Assembly: GCF_009914755.1 (NCBI RefSeq)
Contig: NC_060927.1
Origin: the human T2T-CHM13v2.0 reference genome, Homo sapiens
Direction: 5' to 3' (one strand)
Length of the DNA: 64,000 nucleotides
Shown here: piece after piece, positions 52,770 through 64,000 of the stretch
How the letters are laid out: every line of letters starts with the position of its first letter
How positions within the stretch are numbered: position 1 is the stretch's first letter
The notes under the pieces: generated by a model
What the model saw: the letters and a program-made list of their open reading frames with translations, nothing else
What the model was told of the DNA's origin: nothing
Database searches by the model: none
Translations under genes and position numbers: made by a program

Positions 52770-55134
52770 TCACTAAAATAACAACAAAGATTAATCCACA
52801 CATATACTCGTATAGGCCTACACCAATTCAACAACATTTCACTTTTGCCAAATATAAACATCTTAATACCAAAACAAAAAAAGGTGACTCTCAAGAGATG
52901 GCTCTAACTTTGGGAAATATCACTTGGGGTCTGCAGGTGTCTCCTCTCATGCCACCCTGGGGTGGGACTCTGGCCTCTCACAGTTGGTTAATGTGTTGCC
53001 CACCTCAGTTCCTGTTTCCTCTGCTGCCTGCTTTTCATACACCACCAGGAGCTCATCACTTCACACACAGTAGGAATTGCCTAAATGTCTGTGGCTGATA
53101 CTCAGCTACCCAGACACATGAGGAACCAAACCATAACATTTCATTAAAAACAAAAGAAACAGCTTGTAGATCTTCCTTGTGACAAGAAATCAACCCATCT
53201 GGAGTTGACTTCTTGAGAGGTCTCTGAATTGACCGTGATCTCCCTCTTCCATCAAGATACAAGTATGGATAAGGAGCTGCTGCCTAGGATATATAAAGCT
53301 GGGGAAAGTGTTAATTCCTTCCTAACAAGAAAAAGACTGACAATCTAAAAGAATCATAACTTCTCTTAAATCAGAGAGCTGAAGTCACAGAGCAACCAGT
53401 AGCCTGAAATCTAAGGAAAGACAGACACTTCCAAGGAAAATAGAAAGTGAGCATCAGCTGTGGGTCACCTATGGCAAAGCATGAGGAGAAGAGACGCCAA
53501 ATACCATACGAGTGGGTAAGTTACAGTTTTAACAAACTGCTGGAGACCAAGCGCAGACTAGGGTAAGAGTGCAGAACCCCCAGGTGCCACAGACACAAGT
53601 AGAGCTTGCACCCATGCACAGGTTCTCCTCCACAGACCTCCACTGGGCTTTCATGACAAAAAAAAATGGGGGCAGAACAGTAGATGGAAGAAAACCGTTC
53701 TTGGAGGTGCAGGCCTAGGAGAGGAGAGTGAGTAAGGAAAGGTATGAAGCCCTGCCAGGACCTCTCCCCTGTAGAAGAGCATCCTGAAACTACTAGGGAA
53801 AAGCAAATATAAAAACACCTCTTCCCTTGAGGGAGAGGCAGGAAACTATCCTGAGCTGAGATTATCAAGGTCTCCTTTGAATGAGGAAGGAGCAGGACCG
53901 CTAAGAATGTCTCACTTTTGAGACCCAGGGAGACAGAGTCTGCTTAAGACTGAAGCTGGGTCAAGACAACAGGGCCCACCCCAACCCTCAGCAAAAAAAA
54001 AAAAAAAAAAAAATATCAAGCACCAAGCAATAAGCAACAGCAGCCTATCTAGGGAGGAGGGCCAAGAACATGGAAAAAAGCATGCCCCTCTGAGGGGCAT
54101 GCCCACAGGGCTGGCTGAAAGGTGAGAGTGAGGAAAATGACTGAGAAAATCCTCCATCAACCAGACCTCATCCTAGGTACGTTAGGTAACACTAAACTAA
54201 GCTCAACTCCTGATAAGACTATTTACCTCAGTCTTTACTGTCCTAAGCATGATGCCTGGCATTTAATAAAACATTATGAGACACAAAAAGGCAGGGAGAA
54301 AAAAAACCCCACTGTCAAGAGACAAAGCAGTCAGTAGAAGCAGACTCAGATGACCTAGATGTTGAAACTATGAGATACAAAATTTAAAATAACTATGATT
54401 AATATGGTAAAGGCTCTACTGAATAACACACATGATCAAATGGAGAATTTCAGCAGAAAGGCAGAAATTATAAGAAAGAGTCAAATGGAAACAACAGAAA
54501 TAAGAAACCCAGTAACAGAGAAGTATGGCTATAATGGGCTCAATGGGAAAATAAATTAGTGATCTTAAAGATAGATCAATTCCTCAAACTGAAACACAGA
54601 GGGATAAAACAGAACAGAGCTTCCATAAGCTACAAGACAATACTGTCTCTAACACATGGACAATTGGAATCCTAGAAGGAGAAGAGAGAGAAATTAGATA
54701 TTTCTTATAATACAAATTTGCTGGTAAAAAATTGTCAGCTTTGGTTTTTCTGGAGGGGAAAAAAAGGTCTTATTTCCCCATCATTGCTAAAATATTTTTG
54801 CTAAGTACAGAACTTTGGGTTGGCAGTTTTTCTTTCAAACTTTAAAGATGTTACTCTTTCAGTTTGTATAGTTTCACGAGAATTCTTCATAATTCTTACA
54901 TTTGATCCACATATATATGTCTTTTTTTCTCTGGCTACCTTCAAGATTTCTTTCTTAATCCTTGGTTTTCAGAAGTTTGAATATAACTCATCTAGGATTT
55001 TGTTTTGTTTTGTTTTTCTCCAGCTTGTTTGCTGTTTCTCTGAGCTTCTTGGAACTATGGTTTGATGCCTTTCATTATTTTTTGAAAATTCTTGGCCATT
55101 ATCTTTTCAATAGCACCAAAACAACATGAAGTAT

Positions 55135-55578
55135 ATATTATTAATAGTTTCCTAGGGCTGCTGTAACAAATTGTCACATTTGATGGCGTAAAACAATCTA
55201 AATTAATTCTCTCACAGTTCTGGAAGTCTGAATCAAGGCAGGGCCACATTTCCTCTGGAGGCACTAAGGGAGAATGCTGCCTTCCCTCTTTCAGCTTCTG
55301 GTGGCTCCATAATTCCTTTGCTTATGGCTACATAACTCCAATCTCTGCCTTTGTCTTCACATGGCATTCATCTCCTTTCTCTGTGTGGCTCTCTTCTGTG
55401 TGGCTCTTCTAAGGATACTTGTCATTCAATTTAGGACCACCAATCCAAGACGATCTCACCTTGAGATTCTTAATTACATCCACAAAGATCTTTTCCCCCA
55501 AGTAAAGTCATCTTCACAGTTTCTGGGGGTTAGGATGTAGACATATCTTTCAGGGAGGCTCCCATTCAACACACTACA
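55135..55578 (-). mobile_element. MLT1 (MaLR) solo LTR
   Basis: tagtttcctagggctgctgtaacaaat...ttctctcacagttctggaag...cagcttctggtggc...aaggatacttgtcatt...attcaacacactaca. Confidence 0.85.
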
Positions 55579-56146
55579 AAATGCTTTAGTATAAATCTAA
55601 CAACATATGTGCAAAATGTGTATGTTGAAAACTACAAAACACTAATGAGAAAAATTGAAGACCTATACCAATGAAGAGATATATCATGTTCACGTATTAA
55701 AGGCTCAATGTTGTAAAGATGTCAATTTCCTCCCAAATCACCTATAGGCATCAAGAAGTTGATTCTAAAATTTACATGGAAAGGCAAAGGAACTAGAAAA
55801 GCCAAAATAATTTTGAAAAAAAGAATAAATTAGAGGAATCACACTACATGATTTCAAGACTTAGTCTAAAACTATATTAACCAAGACACTGTGGTATTGG
55901 TAAAAGGATAGACACGTACATTAATGGAACAAAGAGAATCCAGAAACTCTAGACCAGTATCCGGCCAGTTAATTTTTAATAAAGGTGCACAAACAACTTA
56001 GTACAGACAAGTTAGTATTTCCAACAGTTGATTAAACAACTGAGTATCCACATGCAAAAAAATGAACTTCGGTACATACCTTGCACCACATACAGAAACT
56101 AATTCAAAATGGATCATAGACCTAAGTGTAAAATCTAAAACTGTAA

Positions 56147-56454
56147 GGCCGGGTATAATGGCTCATGCCTGTTATCCCAGCACTTTGGGAGGCTGAGGCA
56201 GGTGGATCATCTGAGGTCAAGAGTTTGAGACCAGCCTGGCCAAAATGGCAACACCACGTCTCTACTAAAATGCAAAAATTAGCCAGGTGTGGTGGCGGGC
56301 ACCTGTAATCCCACCTATTAGGGAGGCTAAGGCAGAAGAATCGCTTGAACGTGGTAGGCAGAGGTTGTAGTGAGTCGAGAATATGCCAACACATTCCAGC
56401 CTGGGCAACAAAGCAAGACTTCGTCTCAAAAAATAAAAATAAAAAACAAAAAAC
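56147..56454 (+). mobile_element. AluSx-like SINE inserted in L1
   Basis: Full Alu; 17-bp TSD aaaatctaaaactgtaa / aaaacctaaaactataa. Confidence 0.93.
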
Positions 56455-58814
56455 AAAACCTAAAACTATAAAACTGATACACATTTTTCCTGTAAAACAT
56501 AGAAAATCTCTGTGACCTTGGGTTGGGTATATTCCTTAGATATGACACCTAAAGTATGATCCATAAAAGAAAAAATTGATAAAATGAACTTCAAAATCCA
56601 AAACTTCTGCTCTTTGAAAGAGCAGAAATGTTAAAAAGGATGCTCTACATCATTAATCATTAGGATAATGGAAGTTAAAACCACAGCGACATACAACTAT
56701 ATGCGTATTAGAATAGCCTAAAGGTAAAAAAAAAACTGATCATGCCAAGTGTTGGAAGGGAGGTGGAGCAACTTGAACTCTCATATACTGCTGGCACGAA
56801 CGTAAGATGGCATAACCATTTTGAAAAGTTTGACAGTTATTAAAAAGCTAAACATACACCTATTATATGTCCCAGCCATTCCACTCCTACGTATTTACCC
56901 AAGAAAATGGAAGCATATTTCCATAGAAAAATATGTACATGAACGTTCATGGCAGCTTTATTTATAATAGCCAAAAATTGCAAATAGCCCAAATGCTCAC
57001 CAACAGAACAAAACTGTGGTATATCCATTTGATTAAATAAAAAGGAATGAACTACTGATACATATAACAATGTGGGTCAATCTCAAAATAATTAGACTGA
57101 GTGAAAGAAACCAGACCAAAAAGAATACATAACTGTATAATTCCATTTATATCATAGTCTAAAAAATACAAACTAATCAATAGTGACAGAAAGCAGATTA
57201 ATGATTGTCTGGGGCTGGGGGTGGAGTGAGTAGACTGACTACAGAGAAGCAAAAGAGAACATCTTGGGATGATGGAAAGATTCTATATCTTGATTGTGGT
57301 GGTGGTTACATGACTGTTTCTGTCACAACTCAGAGAACTGCTTGCTTTCTAAAATGGTGAATGTTACTATTCGTAAATTATAAAGCCGGACTGAAAACAA
57401 AAAACATGTGGTTACAACTAAAATGTCCTTAGGGGACCAACCTACCCATCACAGGACACAGTTGACACCGTCCATCACTGCCACTCTGCCCTCAAGGTGA
57501 AAATCACCAGCTCTCCACTGGGCATTACCAATGGGCCAAACCCAAGGCTGAAGACCCCAGGTGAGGCCCACAAGGTCCATCATCAGTCTGGGAATTACAT
57601 TTTCCAAATGCAAAGCCAGAGTCATAACTCAATGCAGTTCAATTCCCAAAGCCCCAGTTTCCCAGTGGAATTTGAGAGAGCCGCAGAGATTCCCAGGCAG
57701 GGCCTCCCAAGCAGCAGCCATGCAGTCCATGGAGTGTCAGGCCTCCGCTGCTTAGGAGTCTGTACACAGCTTGGCAGTCAGGAGCAAGGTCTGCACACAC
57801 CTGGTCAGCAGGCTGGAGCTTGAGCAGAGATGGAACACACCCCTCTTAGGGGTTGAAATGGACAATTCTTAACACCTGCTCAAGGTGGAACTTTCTACTT
57901 TTCTTTTAATTTCTAACACTGGACCATGCCCTTTGTCCAGCCCGCTCCTGAAACTGAAACTGTAATAAACAAAAGCATCCAGGAACTGGTCCAAAGCTTG
58001 ATTCTAGGCAAGAGAGGGGAGAAGAAGGTGACCTGGGGCCAAGAGCTGGACTATCTCACTCACCCTTCCTGTACAGACCCAGGTGAACAGCATGTCTGAC
58101 CACTGCTCACTGAAAACCAAGGCATGTCACTACATTTCCAAAGCAGGGCTGCCCTGTGCAAAACTGGAAGAAATGGACACAAACACACCCCCATGATTAA
58201 ATATTTTCAACTGAATCTTCGATTGGACTGTTCACTGTACAGCCTGCTAACTGTGGATGAGGAGACTCACAGACACAGATGTTTCTTAGTCCTGGCCTCA
58301 GGCCTTTGACAATTTGCCTTCATGAAAAGTTGACAGGCAGCCATGTCTGTCTACCTCCATGTTTGCTAAACCTGCCCCTGGGGAGGGAAGCAGGGAACAC
58401 ACCGAGCTCACGTGGACTCAGCCTCACGTCCATCTTCTCAAGAGGAAAGGCACGGGCGTTTTCTCAAATCAGAGCTCAAAAGAAGCCTATACCGAATTCA
58501 CCACACATATCTGCAGACTAGATACACTACAGCCTTATTTGCCCTGTAATTTAGGGTTCTGGCCTAGAATCCAACAGGAGAAGAAACTTCTGATTCCAAA
58601 CATAGTCCTGAACCCAAGAGAAATTCTGCTTTCCTAAAACCATCTAACTTTTGGCAGTCCTGCCAGTCCTGCCTCCAGGCAGCCTGAGCATGAGGGTGGG
58701 GTTTGGTCCCACCTCTGGCTTTCATCTAGGGGGTATGAACATGCAGCGTGCCTTTTCACATTCCCCATGCCAGACTGCGAGTAGGGAAGGTGCTAGGTCA
58801 TTTTTGAAAGTTCA

Positions 58815-59104
<290 letters not shown>

Positions 59105-59277
59105 GAAAGTTCAGAGACATGGGGCCTGGAGGTCCACAGTCCACACGGTAACCTCCAAAACCAAATCAAATGCTCCACAACTACAGATCACAGTCAGGCC
59201 TCAGAGCCACCCCTTGACCTCAGGCCCCTGCCTATGGGAAACCAACATGGTGTCCTTTGGATTAAAACTTGTGAAGG

Positions 59278-59431
59278 GGCCAGGTGTGATGGCATGCGCC
59301 TGTAGTCCCAGCTACTCATGAGGCTGAGATGGGAGGATCACTTGAGCCCAGGAGTTGGAGGCTGCACTGAGCTATAATCCAGCCTGAGTGACATTGCAAG
59401 AGATCCTATTTCTAAATAAATAAATAAAATA
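59278..59431 (+). mobile_element. Free Alu monomer (FLAM/FRAM-like)
   Basis: Single arm with (TAAA)n tail; gtgaagggg repeated on both sides. Confidence 0.85.
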
Positions 59432-60609
59432 AAAATCGTGAAGGGGTTGAGGGGTAGGTCTAAAATGAAGGATGGGGAATCTGCATGCCTGACCAACCCC
59501 TGGATTCCAGGCCTTGTCACACACAGAACCAGGACCACAGACCATCTCCCCGTCCCCTCTCAGAAAGTGGTCCCTTTGAGGCAGGGATCACAGGTGCCTG
59601 TCATCCTATTTCACCTGTGTTGCTCGCAGGCCTTGGGCATGTAGGAGATGCTGTATGCACAAACCAAGACTCTGTTCTCCTCACCCAGGCCCATGGCAAG
59701 ATGGAGGACCTGCCCCAGGGCTGTGATGGCCACTCCTGGGCTTGACCCCCATCAATCTGCTGACTCCCCAGCCTCTCTCTGCAAGCATTTCCAAGAATTT
59801 TCCCCCACACAAAGGGGTGATTTTTCAAAACAGTGAAAGGATTGCCTTGATAGGCAAGAAATGGCAAGTTATTTGGTGTCCGACATGCCCCCAGGAGGAA
59901 GAAGTTGATCTGAGAGGTCTATCTTACTGAAGTGACACACAGAGGTGAGGGAAGCCAGGAAGAAGAGAGCGAGATGAAGCAGGGAGGTGACGGCTAAGTA
60001 ACTTCAAACCAGTAGAGGCAGTGAGGAAGCAGCAAGAACATGCCTTGGCATGTGCGGTTCCTTCCCTGGAAGGGTTCAGAGCGGGCTGGAAAACAACCCC
60101 AGCCTTTAGAAGCTGGAGCCCTCCAGGTCATCACACTTGTTACAGTGAGAAATGCACACAAGGGTGTGGGGCAGCAAGGTGGAGCCGGTTTTAGGAACAC
60201 AGAGGGGGAGGACTGCATGGTGGAGGCTAGGAAGCCTCAGGAGGAAGCAGGTCCATCCTGGGCCAGGCCCACACTCCTGCTGAGTCTGTTCTGGAGTTCC
60301 TGGAGCAGATGCACCTCTGGAGCATCCTCAGAAACCACCACACAGGCAAGCAGGCAACCCGCCCTGCCCAACACCTGTGTGGGAGCATTCTCTCTCAACA
60401 CACACCCGCTTCCTTGAGGGCGGCTCTGGTTCAGTTCAGCTCCACGTACACTCCCAAGGGCTCACTACGAGCTGGTGCTGAGTATCTTAGGGTTACCTAC
60501 CCAATACCTGGAGACAAAAATGCCTACCCTCCCACAGCACATACCTGAACCGAGGTACCCTGGTAGGGAGATCAAGGATTCCGATAAAGCCCAAGTGCTG
60601 ACTGTAGAT

Positions 60610-61160
60610 TTCTTTTATATTAAACTGCTTTGAACTAATTTTAGAATTGGAGAAAAGTTGCAAAAAATAGTACAGAGAATTTCCATATATCCCTCTGCCA
60701 GTGTTAATGTCTTACACAACCATAGGACAATGATCAGACCAGGAAACTAACACTGTGACAATACCAATAACCAAAATAGGGACCCCATTTGAACTTTACC
60801 AGTTTTTCTACTAATGTGCTTAGATCCTGATGTTCCAGAATCCTACCGATGCATTTATTATGTATTTAGCCTCCTCCCATCTGTGTCAGTTCCTTAGTCC
60901 TCCCTTGTCTTTCATGACCTTGACACTTCTGAAGAATATTGATCAGTTATTTTATCAAATGTTCCCTGACTTGGGTTTTATCATTAGATTCAGGTTATAA
61001 ATACTGGACACCACCAGAAAAGTGATGTGCACAGTAACACAGGGTTCACATGGAAGGGCTTATTACAGGGAATGTTGACCTTGATCAATGGTGACACTGA
61101 CCTCTCTGCCAGGTTTCTACAATGCAAAGTTACTATCTTTCCTGTGTAGTTAATTTTTGG
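60610..61160 (-). mobile_element. L1M 3' region fragment
   Basis: ttttagaattggagaaaagttgcaaaaaatagtacagagaatttccatatatccc...tgaccttgacacttctgaagaatattgatcagttatttt. Confidence 0.75.
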
Positions 61161-62059
61161 GGACTGTGGATTTTTGAAAGGGAATGTGTTGCTGTCATTA
61201 CAAACTCTGTGTGTCAGCTCCACTTGCAGCTGCCCCACAGATGAGGCATCTAATGAAGACGAGCGGCAGAGCCGACATCTCTGGGAGACGCCACAGCTCT
61301 CAGTGACAAAGAGGAACAGTAGCGGTTTATTTATAGATCCACTTGAAGACAGCTCATTGTAACTACTGGAGTTGAATTTTTAAAACCTCGGAACAAAGGC
61401 TGGCTATTTTAAACTCTCCTTGCACTTAGTTCAATGGAGAGTGTTAGAGCCACCGACCACACCCCAGGCATCACTCCCAAGCTCCGTAATTCATACTTTG
61501 TGCAGCATCACAGGACACGAGCAAAGCCTGCCAAGATAGATAACCAGGACTGGCTCTACCCAACCCGCAAAAGCAGCAGCCCTCCACCAGAGCCCTCAGA
61601 ACCACCAGAGCAGATCAGCCAGAGCCCTCCACCAGCAGCCCCACGATTCCCAGGGAGGAGTTGCAGAAGGCTGTGTCCCATGGGGTCAAACAGCCTCTCC
61701 TTTCCTGGAAAATGAAGTCGCAGACAGCTGTTATGAACCAAGGTTACATCACGTCTTCCCTTCCCTCCCCCTGCAGGCTTCAAAGACAGCCAGTGCCCCC
61801 CAGCGGATGCCTGGCCCAAGATAGCTGGCAGTAGCTAGCCCACCTGTGCCTGACCCACCTCCAGGAAGGAGCGAGGAGCTCACAGTACCAAACTCTCCTG
61901 GAGGACATCAGGAGTGTGGTGTGAGCCCAGACGCGCCCCCTTCCCCAAGCCCAAGACAGCTCCAGGCCAAAGCCCCCTCAGCTACTCCGCCTACCAGAAC
62001 CATGGGTCGGGGAAGGGGGAGCAGAGAACATGGGTTTTCTCAAAGCTTTCCGCATCCTT

Positions 62060-62360
62060 ATTTGAACAATGACACAATGTGGGAAAATGTGAATGTGGAC
62101 TAGATATCTGATATGAAGGAACTATTAATTTCATTGGATGTGATAAGAGCACTGCTATTATATAACTAAGAAATGGCCTTATTTGGAGTAAAAAATGATA
62201 TATCTGGGATTTTTAAAACCACTCAAACTCTTCTTTAAAATGTGGGGGAAACAGATGAAATGAGATTAGCAGAATGTTGAAGCTAGGTGAGTGGTACATG
62301 GGGTTTGTTACATTATTCTATCTTTTGTGCTAGCTTGAAATTTCCACAATACAAAGGTTT
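62060..62360 (+). mobile_element. L1ME-like 3' end
   Basis: gaatgtggactagatatctgatat...gctaggtgagtggtacatggggtttgttacattattct...ttgaaatttccacaata. Confidence 0.7.
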
Positions 62361-64000
62361 TTGTTTTGTTTTGTTTTGTTTAATTAAAAAAAACAAACAA
62401 AAAAAAAAACCTTCCTGGTGACTGAAAGGAGCTGCGGAGCTGATCCAAGGCAAGTGGGACTCCAAGAGGAAGCTCAGCCACAGGATCACCTCCACTCTGG
62501 TGTCCTGGGATTTGCAAGCATAGGAGGCAGATGACTTTGTCTAAGTCCACGGAACGTTCTGACCAGCCTTTAGCACTGCCACAGAGAAAGCCCCTGATGG
62601 CAACGAGTACTCAGCGAATCCTGCAGCAATGTCCGGACCTTCAAAGAAACTAATTGTAAGATAATCTCCATGGAAACCATCTATTCTGATTTTTTTTCCA
62701 TGGCAACCAATAAGAACATAAACACAAGCACTATCCAACACCCTTACACCACATGGCAATGCTGCTGTCCAATCTGGAAAATATAAACCACAAAGGGTTT
62801 TTTTCCATTTAAAATGAAAAGAAGTTCTGAAACTTCTAATCTAGGCATGCAGACTCTACCACCCTCTGTTGCCCTGCCACTGCCCACACCACCCCATGTC
62901 ATCTGCCCCCCAAAACTGACAAATAAGGCCAGAAGGTAGCTTCCTTCTTTTAGTCTGAGACCATCAAAAATGCCAAAAGGAAAGACAGCCCGCCTCTAGC
63001 CTCACACACTCAACTTATGCTGCCCACAGACGTGAGAATGCTTTGACTTCCTGAGCATTTTTTATGTGTCAGACACATACTGAGCACCATGGCAAGAGCA
63101 AGGCCCCAGCCCTCCAGGGAGAAAAGTTAGGTCTGTAAATAACAGACAACAGGAGAGCGGGGCTGCTCCAGGTAGGAGAGTGCTCCAGGCAGGTGGAGCA
63201 GGAAGAACTCACCAGCTGCCAGCCTCCCAAGGAAGCCTGCATGGAGGAGGTGCCATCTGGAAAGAGACTATAAGGATGAGCGCAACAACACTAGGAGCAG
63301 TGAATGGTGGCCCCAAAAATCAGTCAGACTTAAGCGACAGGTTTATTTCTACCTGTGGCTCATTTATTTCATTTTCAGGTTTCTGAGCTTAAAAAAATAG
63401 AATGAAAACAAAAGAACAAAATAAAAGGGAAGAAAGATCCTTAAATGCCAAAGCCCTCGGTTCTTGTGCACCCTCTCTGCTTTGCAGCAAACAATTGTTA
63501 CAAGACGATTCTTGTGGCCTCTGTGGGCTCTCCTGTGGAGAGGTGATGATGGGGCTTTAGATTGCCTGTCATCACTATTGGCAAAAAGGCAGTGTCATAG
63601 CAGTGGCCCCAGTGTGTGAAGCAAAAGGTCCTTCAAGGCATGCAGCCTGGCTCTGCCTGGGGCCATGTGTGCCTTGTAGGAAAGCATCACAGTGTTGAGA
63701 CTCCACTTTCTGTCCTGTGACTCAGGTTCATTTCCCCACATGCACATGTGGAAGCTCCAATAACCCTAAGCCCAAGCTTTGGCTGCCAGGGGAAAAGGAA
63801 AACCCAAAACAGTTCTGGAACTCTCGAAAGAGGTAACGAAGCTCTCAAAGGAGTGTGTGTGCCTGGGTTTATATGCCAAATGTGTACTGATGCACGCAGA
63901 GCTGGACCCAAGGGCCTCCAGCCTTTGTCTGAGTTCCTGAGTCAGGTTGCTCTGTCTTCCTGATACTGTGATTGTCTTAATATGCTTTTCCCTGGATGTC

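Larger units (their letters stand above)
53280..57390 (+). mobile_element. Ancient rearranged L1M element (5' region/ORF1 remnant, inverted block, late ORF2, 3' UTR) interrupted by MLT1 and Alu
   Basis: A-rich; ORF1-like atttaaaataactatgattaatatgg...ggaatcctagaaggagaagagagag; ORF2-like gaaaactacaaaacactaatgag...ctgtggtattggtaaaaggatagac; 3' UTR-like gattgtggtggtggttacatgactgt. The 5' boundary is uncertain. Confidence 0.8.

Noticed and set aside
53280-57390. Intact or active L1
   Set aside because: No long ORFs; heavily diverged, deleted, inverted and interrupted.

Overview
Mammalian, almost certainly human, genomic DNA (Alu, MIR, L2, L1M, MER and MLT repeats) matching the chr3p21 DUSP7-POC1A locus from recalled protein sequences. 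All genes lie on the minus strand. DUSP7 (MAP kinase phosphatase MKP-X/PYST2) is complete: 3 coding exons (9269-8753, 7277-6843, 4025-3718; 1260 nt = 419 aa + stop, GT-AG junctions checked by hand), a CpG-island promoter and a ~1.9 kb 3' UTR ending at AATAAA 1847-1842. An intergenic 163-codon ORF (16454-15963) resembles the LINC00696/C3orf74 putative peptide. The last two coding exons of the centriolar gene POC1A (49614-49471, 28888-28790) and its 3' UTR follow; the rest is POC1A intron with nested ancient repeats. There is no prokaryote-style system and no convincing new protein-coding gene; most ORF-track entries are chance ORFs in GC-rich DNA. The best leads are regulatory: an RFX X-box + forkhead cluster in a POC1A intron, a TATA/CCAAT/ETS module upstream of DUSP7, alternative starts and an in-frame skippable exon in DUSP7, tandem poly(A) sites in POC1A, an L2-antisense ORF between inverted Alus, and an internally inverted L1. 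Repeat boundaries and subfamilies were judged by eye and are approximate.
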